Below, piece after piece: positions 47,477-56,902 of a DNA stretch of 64,000 nucleotides. Each line of letters begins with the position of its first letter. The first letter of the stretch is position 1. The notes beneath the pieces are model-generated. The model saw only the letters and a list, made by a program, of their open reading frames with translations. It was not told the DNA's origin and searched no databases. The stretch covers positions 6,405 to 70,404 of the forward strand of contig CAZQIF010000001.1 in assembly GCA_964593375.1 (NCBI GenBank), given 5' to 3'. Source of the stretch: an uncultured Candidatus Saccharibacteria bacterium (GTDB lineage Bacteria > Patescibacteriota > Minisyncoccia > Phycocordibacterales > UBA918). The position numbers were made by a program, and so were the translations under genes.

Positions 47477-47562
47477 TATATTGATGGACTTATAATAAAA
47501 CAGCAGTATACTCCAAATTAGGTAGTTTTGTATTTTAAATCACTTACGCGGAAAGGACTAGG

Positions 47563-47754
47563 ATGTTCTACAATCGACCCATACGTCTATGGAAAGACTC
47601 AGGGTACTATCCCGAACAGTATCAGAGTAACACCACGAACTACGCAAAGAGACTTGATTTGCGACTCTTGCGCTGGGATCTCAAGGATGCGTGCACTATC
47701 ACGCAAACGTGCACGGTTCTCATCAAGATTCTTGTACGAAAGCTCGCTCCATGA
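47563..47754 (+). CDS. candidate small basic protein (63 aa), or else part of a GC-rich ncRNA
   Basis: A GGAAAGGA Shine-Dalgarno sits 5 nt upstream of the ATG, and the stop lies 10 nt before a strong terminator. The locus is GC-rich relative to its neighbours, and an overlapping 77-aa TTG-start ORF also exists. Confidence 0.3.
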   Translation: MFYNRPIRLWKDSGYYPEQYQSNTTNYAKRLDLRLLRWDLKDACTITQTCTVLIKILVRKLAP

Positions 47755-47764
47755 ACAATAGCAA

Positions 47765-47790
47765 GGGCGACCTCCGGTCGCCCTTTCTTA
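47765..47790 (+). terminator. intrinsic terminator (GGGCGACC-tcc-GGTCGCCC followed by TTTCTT)
   Basis: Seen in the sequence. Confidence 0.75.
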
Positions 47791-47842
47791 AGACAAGGTA
47801 TGTACTGTACAAATCCGTAAAACAAGCGCACAATTTAGACGT

Positions 47843-48865
47843 ATGATAAGTCTAATAGCATTAGGCTTAATAGTGCTGGTCATTGTCGTACCAGCAACCT
47901 TATTATCAAGCTTTAATACTAACTCTATGGAAAATACTGCAAAAAACTTTGCTCTACAATTGGGCTCACTCGTTTCACTCTACGTCTCAATTACCGCACT
48001 CATTATGATGCTTTTTGGCATCATCACGATTCAATATCCTGACGTTGCACAAGGGTACTATGAATATGATTCAGCGAGCTCTGGCATTCGCTTTGGTATC
48101 GCCCTTCTCATTGTATTCTTCCCAACGTATATTTTGCTTACCCGTCTGGTAAACAACATTCGAAGGCGTGAACAAGGCACCTACCTCATGCTTACCAAAT
48201 GGCTCATCTACCTTTCACTCCTCATTGGTGGCGCAACAATCCTCGGTGACCTTGTAGCAGTGGTAAACAGTTTTCTCATGGGAGAACTCACCATTCGCTT
48301 CGTACTTAAAGCACTTTCATTCTTCATCGTTGTGAGTGCTGCATTTGTGTACTATTTGCTTGACGCAAAAGGATATTGGCAAGCTAATGAGAAAATCTCA
48401 ATTCAATATGCAGGAGGCGTTGCCGTGTTTGTTGTTATCGCGCTCATACTTGGATTTACACGAGTTGAGCCACCAACAAAGGTGCGCGAAATGAAAATTG
48501 ATGCACAACAGATAAATGATTTGAGTATTATTCAATCCGGTATTGAAGAGTACTATGCAGTAAACGGAAACTTACCTGACACGATAGATGACGTATATGT
48601 TGATGTTCCTGCCCCAACGGCACCCGAAGGGCGAACACCATACTCGTATAATCTCACAAGCGCAGGCTCGTTTGAGCTCTGTGCACGTTTTGAAAGTGCT
48701 TCATCGAAAGCTGAACAAGCACAGTATTCTGAACCAATGTTTGACACCGGACGAATCATAAAGAATCCATACAACTGGACACATGCAGAAGGGAACGTGT
48801 GCTTCTCACGCACACTGAACGTCATGGATGCATCTGCTGTACCGAGTGTACCCGTTAAGAAATAG
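47843..48865 (+). CDS. hypothetical membrane protein (6 TM N-terminal domain plus a soluble C-terminal domain)
   Basis: ORF with no family recognised. Confidence 0.7.
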   Translation: MISLIALGLIVLVIVVPATLLSSFNTNSMENTAKNFALQLGSLVSLYVSITALIMMLFGIITIQYPDVAQGYYEYDSASSGIRFGIALLIVFFPTYILLTRLVNNIRRREQGTYLMLTKWLIYLSLLIGGATILGDLVAVVNSFLMGELTIRFVLKALSFFIVVSAAFVYYLLDAKGYWQANEKISIQYAGGVAVFVVIALILGFTRVEPPTKVREMKIDAQQINDLSIIQSGIEEYYAVNGNLPDTIDDVYVDVPAPTAPEGRTPYSYNLTSAGSFELCARFESASSKAEQAQYSEPMFDTGRIIKNPYNWTHAEGNVCFSRTLNVMDASAVPSVPVKK

Positions 48866-48869
48866 TTGG

Positions 48870-49180
48870 TCTGTAGTTTGCTTTACTAGTTCGTCGCAGA
48901 ATGAATCGACAGCTCTGCTGCGAGAATGAATGCGACAAATGTTTAGTATGGCAGAGGCCATATCCTTAGCTAGAAAACTGCCCATGGTCCTATGCGGTTA
49001 GCACAGGGCAGTTTACTGGTGAGCGCCAAGAATGCCCTGTCTCGTTAGAGCGGGGCTGAATTGGCGATTAAAATTGCGTCTGCGGTGGCAGACTCATATG
49101 CCAGAACAGCAACCTGGTGTTTGTTGCAACTCACTAATGCTCTGCATTAGTGAGTTGCAACAAACTTGCTTTACTTGTTA
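48870..49180 (+). promoter_or_regulatory. structured 5' leader of leuS ending in a 22-bp perfect terminator/attenuator hairpin (49119-49140 / 49144-49165) 55 bp before the start codon; candidate T-box-like or other attenuation element
   Basis: Several nested hairpins (GTCGCAG..CTGCGA, AAACTGCCC..GGGCAGTTT, GTCTGC-ggtg-GCAGAC), two GAATGAAT units, and a GGTGG motif upstream of the terminator. The T-box consensus is not convincingly matched. Confidence 0.45.
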
Positions 49181-49233
49181 CCAATTAATGGCATAATGAC
49201 GCCACTGTTAGTCGCGTATACATAACGTTCATT

Positions 49234-52080
49234 ATGCATAAAAAATTTGACCACGAATCGATAGAAAAGAAATGGCAGAAGGAGTGGAAGGAACGTGGTC
49301 TCTATGACGTCGGTGAACGCGACCTCGCTAAGGAAAAAGAGTACGTACTCGTTGAATGGCCATATCCCTCTGGCAACCTCCATATTGGGCACTGGTTTGC
49401 CTTCGCGGTTGTCGACATCTATGTACGCACAAAACGCATGCAGGGAAAGCAGGTGCTTTTCCCGATGGGTTTTGATGCATTCGGCCTTCCAGCTGAAAAT
49501 GCTGCGATAAAGCGAAATCTCGACCCAAAGGCGTGGACATACGAGAACATGGCGTTCATGCGCTCACAGCTTGAGAGTATGGGAAATGCATTCTCGTGGG
49601 ACAAAACTACAAGCTCAACAGACCCTGAGTACTACAAGTGGACACAATGGATGTTTATCAAGTTTTTTGAGAACGATATTGCGTTTCGTGGAAAGGCAAC
49701 CGTGAACTGGTGCCCAGGGTGTAACACGGTGATTGCAAATGAACAGGTCTTGCCTGATAACACCTGTAACCGATCGGGGGATGTTATAGAGAAACGTGAT
49801 GCAGAACAGTGGATGCTTCGCATAACAAAGTACGCTGACAGGCTCATTGATTCACTCGACACACTTGATTGGCCAGAGCATATTAAGGAATCACAACTAC
49901 AGTGGATTGGGCGAAGTAAGGGTGCCGAACTGACGTTCCCACTTTCAACCGGCGATTCACTTACGGTTTTCACCACACGTCCTGACACACTTTTTGGGGC
50001 AACATATGTCGTGCTTGCTCCTGAACATGAGCTAGTTTTGAAAAACAAGGACTTGATAACAAACTGGATTGAAGTCGAGACATATATCAAAGAAGCGTCA
50101 CAGAAAGATGAGATTGACCGAACGAATGCGAATAAAGAAAAAACTGGTGTACAACTTCAGGGAATTACCGCAACAAACCCCGCAACAGGTGAAGAAATTC
50201 CAGTGTATATTGCCGATTATGTACTCAAAGGCTACGGAAGCGGTGCAATCATGGCAGTGCCGGCACACGATGAACGCGACTTTGCGTTTGCAACTAAGTT
50301 TGGTCTCAAAATTCAACAAGTTATTGCACCTCTATTCGTTGAAAAGCATAACCCACCAAAAGAAGGTCTTAAGGATGTAAGGAGAGATACTATTCTTGTC
50401 TTTCTGCGTGACACCGTTACTGACACATACGCTCTTCTTGACTGGCATAAAACACTTGAAGGTATTACCACAACCATCATGGGGGGTATTGAAGAAGGAG
50501 AAGATGTGCAGACAGCGGCACTTCGAGAAATTGCTGAGGAAAGCGGAATAACATCAGCACGTTTTGTTAAGGAATCACCATGGATTTCTGAAGCAAAGTA
50601 TTGTGCCTCACACAAAAATGAGAACCGGCATGCAATTGCAAAGGTATGTCTTTTTGAGGTTGATGGCGTTTCGCCGGAAATCAGTGTGGCAGAAAACGAA
50701 ACTGAAAATCATACGCTTCGATGGGTTCATCGAGATATGATTGAGAGTTCACTTACACCTCCGCACCAAAAGTTCTGCTGGAGAACAATACTTTCTGATT
50801 TTGCAATATCTGAAAGTGGTAATCTCATCAATTCAGGAGAGTTTACGGGAATGAATTCAGAGGAAGCTAAAATTGCAATCACAACGAAAGTTGGCGGTAA
50901 GCTTGCTAATACGTATCGTCTTCGTGATTGGTCTATCGGGCGACAGCGCTACTGGGGAGTTCCTATTCCTATTGTCTATGATCCAGAGGGGAAAGCACAC
51001 GCAATACCAAAGGAACATTTGCCATGGCATCTGCCAACCGATGTCGATTTTAAACCAACTGGTGAGGCACCACTCGCAAAGAGTCAGGAACTTAAAGAGC
51101 GAGTTAAGAGGATTTTTGGAAAGGGCTGGACACCTGAGGTTGAAACGATGGACACCTTCGTAGATTCTTCTTGGTACTTCTTCCGATACTTTGACAACCA
51201 CAATGAGCTCGAACTTTCATCAGTCGAAAAACAGAAAGAGTGGATGCCGATTGATATCTATTTTGGTGGTTCGGAACACAACACGATGCACCTTCTCTAT
51301 TCTCGCTTCTGGACTAAAGCACTTTACGATTTGGGTCTTTCAATCGTCGATGAGCCGTACGAGCACCGTATCAATCGTGGGTTGGTGCTTGGGCCCGATG
51401 GTAACAAAATGAGCAAGTCAAAAGGGAACGTTATTGACCCAGACGAGCAGGTGAAACGACTTGGTGCTGATACGGTCAAAATGTACCTTGCATTCATGGG
51501 CCCATACGGTGAGATGGCAAACTATCCATGGGACATGGGCGGAATTGTTGGTCTCCGACGATTTCTTGAACGCGTCTACGGACTTCAAGACCACGTTATT
51601 GAAGCAGAGCCACTTCTGACATCTCAATTACTCCACCGCACCCTTCAAAAACTCAAAAGTGATATCAATGCCTACAAATTTAATACGGCAATCAGTGCGC
51701 TTATGATTTTTGTAAACACTGCAGAAAAATCTGGACTTACTAAAGAAAGCTACCAAATATTTCTCAAGCTTCTTGCCCCATTCGCACCACACCTTGCTGA
51801 TGAACTTTGGCATGAAGTGGGGAATGAACATTCAGTCCATGAGGAAGCCTTTCCAGAAGCGGATTCAGAGCTTGCGCGAGTGGATGAAGCAACCATTGGT
51901 GTGCAGGTGAATGGAAAGATGAGAGGTTCTATCACAATTTCGAGTAATGCAACCGAGGAAGAGGCAGTGAAAGTCGCACTCAAGAACACTGCCATTAGTG
52001 AACGTGTGGGGAAGGGTATAACAAAGGTTATCTATAAGCAGGAGAGAATCCTTAATCTCATCGTATCCGAGTCAAGCTAG
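49234..52080 (+). CDS. leuS: leucine--tRNA ligase carrying an inserted Nudix hydrolase domain
   Basis: HIGH (NLHIGHWF), editing-domain signatures (TTRPDTLFGATYVVLAPEH, AVPAHDERDFAFATKFGL), KMSKS (KMSKSKGN) and the C-terminal domain are present. Between ..GLKIQQVI and ..LINSGEFTG the gene encodes an extra stretch of about 165 aa containing a perfect Nudix box GGIEEGEDVQTAALREIAEESGI (nt about 50482-50550). Confidence 0.93.
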   Translation: MHKKFDHESIEKKWQKEWKERGLYDVGERDLAKEKEYVLVEWPYPSGNLHIGHWFAFAVVDIYVRTKRMQGKQVLFPMGFDAFGLPAENAAIKRNLDPKAWTYENMAFMRSQLESMGNAFSWDKTTSSTDPEYYKWTQWMFIKFFENDIAFRGKATVNWCPGCNTVIANEQVLPDNTCNRSGDVIEKRDAEQWMLRITKYADRLIDSLDTLDWPEHIKESQLQWIGRSKGAELTFPLSTGDSLTVFTTRPDTLFGATYVVLAPEHELVLKNKDLITNWIEVETYIKEASQKDEIDRTNANKEKTGVQLQGITATNPATGEEIPVYIADYVLKGYGSGAIMAVPAHDERDFAFATKFGLKIQQVIAPLFVEKHNPPKEGLKDVRRDTILVFLRDTVTDTYALLDWHKTLEGITTTIMGGIEEGEDVQTAALREIAEESGITSARFVKESPWISEAKYCASHKNENRHAIAKVCLFEVDGVSPEISVAENETENHTLRWVHRDMIESSLTPPHQKFCWRTILSDFAISESGNLINSGEFTGMNSEEAKIAITTKVGGKLANTYRLRDWSIGRQRYWGVPIPIVYDPEGKAHAIPKEHLPWHLPTDVDFKPTGEAPLAKSQELKERVKRIFGKGWTPEVETMDTFVDSSWYFFRYFDNHNELELSSVEKQKEWMPIDIYFGGSEHNTMHLLYSRFWTKALYDLGLSIVDEPYEHRINRGLVLGPDGNKMSKSKGNVIDPDEQVKRLGADTVKMYLAFMGPYGEMANYPWDMGGIVGLRRFLERVYGLQDHVIEAEPLLTSQLLHRTLQKLKSDINAYKFNTAISALMIFVNTAEKSGLTKESYQIFLKLLAPFAPHLADELWHEVGNEHSVHEEAFPEADSELARVDEATIGVQVNGKMRGSITISSNATEEEAVKVALKNTAISERVGKGITKVIYKQERILNLIVSESS

Positions 52081-52167
52081 GTTACTTGACGACTGTACTT
52101 TATCGTGATAAAAAGGTGTTACATTTACATAAATATTAGGTGATATCAAAGGAAAACCGAAATTACT

Positions 52168-53193
52168 ATGATTACATTTAAACCAAAAGTCGTCACAAAG
52201 AAGCTGCTCTCAGTCCTTCCTGACCGAGCGCGCGATGTACTTAAAAAGCGATATGGACTCGGAGATTCTTCAGAAACTCAAACTCTTGAGTCAATCGGTT
52301 CTACCTACGGCATCACCCGTGAGCGTGTACGTCAGATTGAAAACTATGGCATCCAGAGTATTCAAAAATCTGAAGTATACAAAGAATTCAAGTTAGTTTT
52401 TGATGAAATTCATGCTCAAGTTGAGGCACTCGGATGTGTGGTAAACGAGGAGGAACTTCTTAGTGAGCTTTCTACTGACCCTACCGTTCGCAACCACATG
52501 TACTTCCTCCTCGTCATTGGTAGTCCATTTTTCCGCAGTCGAGAGGACGCATATTTTACCCATCGCTGGTATATCGAGAAGAAAATTGCCGACAAGGTTG
52601 AAACTGCACTTAAAAATATTTTCGAGTCACTTCAGGAAGAAGAACTTATTCCAGAAGAAGATATTATTGCTCGCCTTAAAGACCACGTTATTGATCTTGA
52701 AGAACGTTACCATGATGACAAGATTCTTCGAAGGTGGCTCGCTATTTCTAAGGAGATTGACCGTAACCCACTTGGCGAATGGGGTCTCGCTTCAAGTCAC
52801 AATGTACGCGCGAAAGGAATCCGTGACTATGCGTACCTTGCAGTGAAGCGTCACGGTTCTCCTATGCACTTTAAAGAGGTTGCGGAGTCAATTCAGCGAC
52901 TTTTCAGCAAGAAAGCACACATTGCCACTACTCACAACGAACTCATCAAAGATAAGCGTTTTGTTCTCGTCGGCAGGGGACTTTATGCACTCACCGAATG
53001 GGGTTACTCAGCGGGAGTTGTAAAGGATGTCGTACGAGAAATTTTGAAACGCTCTGGCCCACTCACGCGTGAAGAAATTATTGATAAAGTTCGTAAAGAG
53101 CGATATGTAAAAGACAATACGATTATCGTCAATTTACAGGATACGACACTGTTCAAGAAACTTCCTGACGGAAACTATATTGTTATCGAATAA
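52168..53193 (+). CDS. DNA-binding protein with an N-terminal sigma-70 region 4 HTH and a C-terminal HARE-HTH-like winged helix
   Basis: LPDRARDVLKKRYGLGDSSETQTLESIGSTYGITRERVRQIENYGIQ is close to RpoD region 4.2. The C-terminal ..SPMHFKEVAESIQ...DKRFVLVGRGLYALTEWGY resembles the RNAP delta N-terminal (HARE-HTH) pattern. Confidence 0.7.
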   Translation: MITFKPKVVTKKLLSVLPDRARDVLKKRYGLGDSSETQTLESIGSTYGITRERVRQIENYGIQSIQKSEVYKEFKLVFDEIHAQVEALGCVVNEEELLSELSTDPTVRNHMYFLLVIGSPFFRSREDAYFTHRWYIEKKIADKVETALKNIFESLQEEELIPEEDIIARLKDHVIDLEERYHDDKILRRWLAISKEIDRNPLGEWGLASSHNVRAKGIRDYAYLAVKRHGSPMHFKEVAESIQRLFSKKAHIATTHNELIKDKRFVLVGRGLYALTEWGYSAGVVKDVVREILKRSGPLTREEIIDKVRKERYVKDNTIIVNLQDTTLFKKLPDGNYIVIE

Positions 53194-53206
53194 TCTATCT
53201 GTGCAT

Positions 53207-53243
53207 AAACCCCGAGAAAGGCTGCGCCTTTCTCGGGGTTTTG
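53207..53243 (+). terminator. intrinsic terminator (CCCCGAGAAAGG-ctgcg-CCTTTCTCGGGG followed by TTTTG)
   Basis: Seen in the sequence. Confidence 0.75.
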
Positions 53244-53271
53244 CGTTAGAATATATCTATACACAGAACAT

Positions 53272-54609
53272 ATGAAAACGCCGATTGAATTCGTCGAAGG
53301 TTTCGGAGTGAATGCTGCGTGGATTTTTGTAGCACTTGGACTCGGGCTTTTTTATGTTGTCTTTACGTTTATTGAAGTCCCTTCATGGGAAGTCTTTAAT
53401 TGGATGTTTATCACTGCTCCCGTCTGGCTCCCCGTGATTACGTTTTACCTTTTGCACGAATACTGGCTCTATTTCGTGCGCAAGCAGTTTGATATTGCAC
53501 AAGGAAGAGTGACGCTCGAAATAAAGTTACCTCAGGAAGTATTTAAATCCCCAGAGGCTATGGAACTCGTGCTCATTCAAATGCACCAAACAGCTGCACC
53601 CGATAACCACACCCAAACATATTGGGACGGAAAACATCCACCCGTATATGGTCTTGAGCTTGTTTCAAGAGGGGGTGATGTTCGCTTCTATATCAGTGTC
53701 CCACGCAAGAAGTTTAAAAATATTGTTGAGACACAGCTGTATGCGCAATACCCTGGGGTTGAAGTACATGAGCTTGATATAGACTACACTGCAGAAGTGC
53801 CGTGGGACACGAGCAAGTTTTCCTATTTTTCACTCCATTTTGGACCCAAGAAGGCTGACGCGTACCCAATAAAAACATATCTCGATTACGAACTCGATAA
53901 GATGCCAAAAGAAGAAGAAAAAGTTGATCCAATTAGCTCAATGCTTGAAGCTCTTGGGAGCATAAAACAGGGTGAATACTTGTGGGTACAAATTCTTATC
54001 AGTGCACACCGAGAAGAGAACTTCAAAGTTGGTGCAATCGGGACTCACCCAGATTGGAAAGATGAAGCAAAAGCAGAAATTAAAAGAATTATTGAAAATG
54101 CAAATAAGCGTGTAGGAATTGATCCAAAAAAAGACAAAACGAAGACGCTCACGATGATGAACGTTTCAGATGCTGAAAAGGAAACCATTAAATCGATTGA
54201 GAGAAGCATCGGCAAGAATGCTTACAATACGGCTATTCGTGGCATGTACATAGGCAAAAATGAAGCCTATCTTCCAGGAGAGCGCATCGGTGCGCTCATT
54301 ACCGGTTGGCGCTCTTTTGATGATCTCAACCGCAATGCAATCGGCGTGAAGTGGCGTACGGACTTCGACTGGAATTGGTGGCAAGACCCGAGAGATAAGC
54401 GAAAGACTGCACTCAAGAAACAAGAGCTCGATGAATACAAACGCCGTGTGTACACAAACCACAATAGCAATGATAAAAAGAAAGTGATGACCACTGAAGA
54501 GCTCGCGACGATTTTCCATCTCCCTGGAAAGGTCATTAACACCCCATCGCTTGGTCGCCTGCAATCAAAGCGTGGTGAACCACCCGTTAATCTCCCTATC
54601 AGTGGGTAG
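53272..54609 (+). CDS. hypothetical membrane protein (N-terminal 3 TM, large basic soluble domain)
   Basis: ORF with no family recognised. Confidence 0.7.
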   Translation: MKTPIEFVEGFGVNAAWIFVALGLGLFYVVFTFIEVPSWEVFNWMFITAPVWLPVITFYLLHEYWLYFVRKQFDIAQGRVTLEIKLPQEVFKSPEAMELVLIQMHQTAAPDNHTQTYWDGKHPPVYGLELVSRGGDVRFYISVPRKKFKNIVETQLYAQYPGVEVHELDIDYTAEVPWDTSKFSYFSLHFGPKKADAYPIKTYLDYELDKMPKEEEKVDPISSMLEALGSIKQGEYLWVQILISAHREENFKVGAIGTHPDWKDEAKAEIKRIIENANKRVGIDPKKDKTKTLTMMNVSDAEKETIKSIERSIGKNAYNTAIRGMYIGKNEAYLPGERIGALITGWRSFDDLNRNAIGVKWRTDFDWNWWQDPRDKRKTALKKQELDEYKRRVYTNHNSNDKKKVMTTEELATIFHLPGKVINTPSLGRLQSKRGEPPVNLPISG

Positions 54610-54610
54610 T

Positions 54611-55606
54611 ATGCAACCTCTCATACTTGAACCTGACGATGTTCTCACAAGCAAGTCTATTGTTGGACGAACTTTTCTTTTCATTGTTCTCATTGTTATT
54701 GTTGGCTTAGTCGTAGTCCTCTTTTCTTGGTTTCGAACCCTAGAAGAACCTCCAGAACTTTTTCCCGTTAATGTAGATATCACAATCCCCGAAGGGGCAA
54801 CTGTTTCTGCTGTTTCAGATCATTTCGACGAACTCGGACTCGTAACCTCAGGTTTTTACTTTTATCTAATTCTTGAATCAGATTTTAGTAATAATTTCAT
54901 TCAAGCAGGAACATATCGCTTTCCTCGACCTCTTACAGTCACTGAAATCAGTCAGGCAATTACTACCGGTGATTATTCTTCACCTCCGGTATCTGTGACC
55001 TTTCCAGAAGGTTTTAAAGTAAAAGATATGCTCCAATATCTTCCCGAGTCATATGACACCATCGACGTCGAAGTTTCTCAAGATAGAGAAGGGTATCTTT
55101 TCCCTGACACGTACTTTATTAAATCGGACACCACGTTTGCAGAACTGCTGGAGACGATGCGTGAAAATTTCGATGAAAAGATTAAACCACTTCAGACTCT
55201 TATCCTAGAATCTTCACTTTCGTTAGAAGAAATTATCACACTCGCATCAATCGTTGAACGCGAAGGAAATGACAAGGCTTCAATGGGAATGGTTGCGGGT
55301 ATTTTACAAAAACGACTTGAACTCGGGATGCCGCTACAGGTTGATGCTACACTTGATTATCTTTTAGGAAAAACGAGTGAGGAGCTGACTGGTGATGACC
55401 TCGAGATTGATTCACCTTTTAATACGTACTTGTACAAAGGCTTGCCCCCAGCGCCAATTTCTAATCCAGGTATTAACGCGATTATGGCAGTACTCGAACC
55501 AATTGATTCACCGTATCTCTACTACCTCACCGGAGATGACGGTGAGTTCTACTACGCGAAAACATTTGAGGAACATAAACAGAACAAGGCACGGTACCTG
55601 AGATAA
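54611..55606 (+). CDS. mltG: endolytic murein transglycosylase MltG (YceG family)
   Basis: N-terminal TM anchor and the C-terminal ..ASIVEREGN.. ..NTYLYKGLPPAPISNPG.. signature. The start is the ATG 2 bp after the upstream stop. The ORF-track frame opens at 54551. Confidence 0.85.
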   Translation: MQPLILEPDDVLTSKSIVGRTFLFIVLIVIVGLVVVLFSWFRTLEEPPELFPVNVDITIPEGATVSAVSDHFDELGLVTSGFYFYLILESDFSNNFIQAGTYRFPRPLTVTEISQAITTGDYSSPPVSVTFPEGFKVKDMLQYLPESYDTIDVEVSQDREGYLFPDTYFIKSDTTFAELLETMRENFDEKIKPLQTLILESSLSLEEIITLASIVEREGNDKASMGMVAGILQKRLELGMPLQVDATLDYLLGKTSEELTGDDLEIDSPFNTYLYKGLPPAPISNPGINAIMAVLEPIDSPYLYYLTGDDGEFYYAKTFEEHKQNKARYLR

Positions 55607-55653
55607 ATTTAAAAACTAAAATTTAAAAACTAAAATTTTAGTTCATATTTATA

Positions 55654-56739
55654 TTGTTATATGATACGTTTGATTTTATGAAGAGAGAAACCGTATATGT
55701 AGGCCTATCGGGAGGCGTCGATTCTGCAGTGAGCGCAAAGCGTTTAATTGATGCGGGTCACAACGTTGTGGGCGTTTTTATAAAGGTGTGGCAACCTGAT
55801 TTTTTGTCGTGCAACTGGGAAGCAGAGCGCCTTGATGCGATGCGTGTTGCAGCACACCTCCAAATTCCGTTTCTCACCTTTGATGCTGTGGATGCTTATA
55901 AAAAAGAGGTGGCTGATTACATGATTTCTGAATATAAAGAGGGAAGAGTGCCAAACCCCGATGTGATGTGTAATCAACATGTAAAATTTGGTGCATTTCT
56001 CCAGTTTGCGCGGAGGAGCGGTGCAGATAAAGTTGCGACGGGACACTACGCACAGGTCAAAAAACAGGGTGACCGTTTTGTACTTCACCGTGGTGCCGAC
56101 CAAACAAAAGACCAAAGTTACTTTCTCTGGACACTCACGCAAGAACAACTTGCTCATATATATTTTCCTGTCGGAGATACTCTGAAGGTTCAGATTCGAA
56201 AAGAAGCAGAGCGTGCAGAGCTTCCCGTCTTTAATAAGCACGACAGTCAAGGAATTTGTTTCCTTGGTCAGGTTGATATCGAAGAATTTCTCTCACACTA
56301 TATTAAAACTGAAAAGGGTCGTGTCCTTGATGTCCAAGGAAATCATATTGGAACTCACCATGGAGCGGTCTACTACACACTTGGGCAACGACAAGGGTTT
56401 AGTATTTTCGTTGCGGGCACAGAGAGTAAAGCACACTATGTCGTTAAAAAGGATTTACATACAAACACCATAACCGTTGATACAAAACCGCGCGTGCTCA
56501 TTTCTTCAAAAGAAAAAATTATGTTGCGAAGCGTTAATCGAATTCAACCTTCGCTTGAGGGAATGTTAACGGCCGAATTTAGATACCGACAAAAACCTTT
56601 TCGAGTAGAAATAAGAGAAGAGAGTGATGATTATGTTATGCTTACAGTGCTTGATGAGGGAATTGAAATTCCTTCAGTCGGGCAATCATGTGTACTCTAT
56701 CGTGATGATGAGTGCATTCTAGGTGGAATCATTTCGTAA
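55654..56739 (+). CDS. mnmA: tRNA-specific 2-thiouridylase MnmA
   Basis: PP-loop VGLSGGVDSAVSA and the conserved Cys regions. The true start may be the second ATG at 55678 (MKRETVYVGLSGG). Confidence 0.9.
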   Translation: MLYDTFDFMKRETVYVGLSGGVDSAVSAKRLIDAGHNVVGVFIKVWQPDFLSCNWEAERLDAMRVAAHLQIPFLTFDAVDAYKKEVADYMISEYKEGRVPNPDVMCNQHVKFGAFLQFARRSGADKVATGHYAQVKKQGDRFVLHRGADQTKDQSYFLWTLTQEQLAHIYFPVGDTLKVQIRKEAERAELPVFNKHDSQGICFLGQVDIEEFLSHYIKTEKGRVLDVQGNHIGTHHGAVYYTLGQRQGFSIFVAGTESKAHYVVKKDLHTNTITVDTKPRVLISSKEKIMLRSVNRIQPSLEGMLTAEFRYRQKPFRVEIREESDDYVMLTVLDEGIEIPSVGQSCVLYRDDECILGGIIS

Positions 56740-56902
56740 AAACATCTGCCTGCGGTACCCCGCAGTAAGCTCTTGGGGCATTACGGGGGCAGAACCAGGT
56801 GTTTGTTCTAGCAGAAGAATCGTCCGCCGACGATGCATATTAATGTCGCATTCATCCTCGAGGCAGAGCCCCGAGGCATTCTGCGACGAACTAGTAATAA
56901 TC

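Noticed and set aside
47528-47761. 77-aa TTG-start ORF overlapping the 63-aa candidate
   Set aside because: Non-ATG start with no Shine-Dalgarno. The alternative ATG frame has a good RBS.
49050-49100. Calling the leuS leader a bona fide T-box riboswitch
   Set aside because: The T-box consensus AAUUAGGGUGGNACCGCG is only partially matched (GGTGG present), and no clear Leu specifier loop was identified by eye. It is therefore reported only as a generic attenuator candidate.
55611-55650. Short tandem repeat AATTTAAAAACTAAA x2.5 between mltG and mnmA
   Set aside because: AT-rich low-complexity spacer, too short and simple to interpret.
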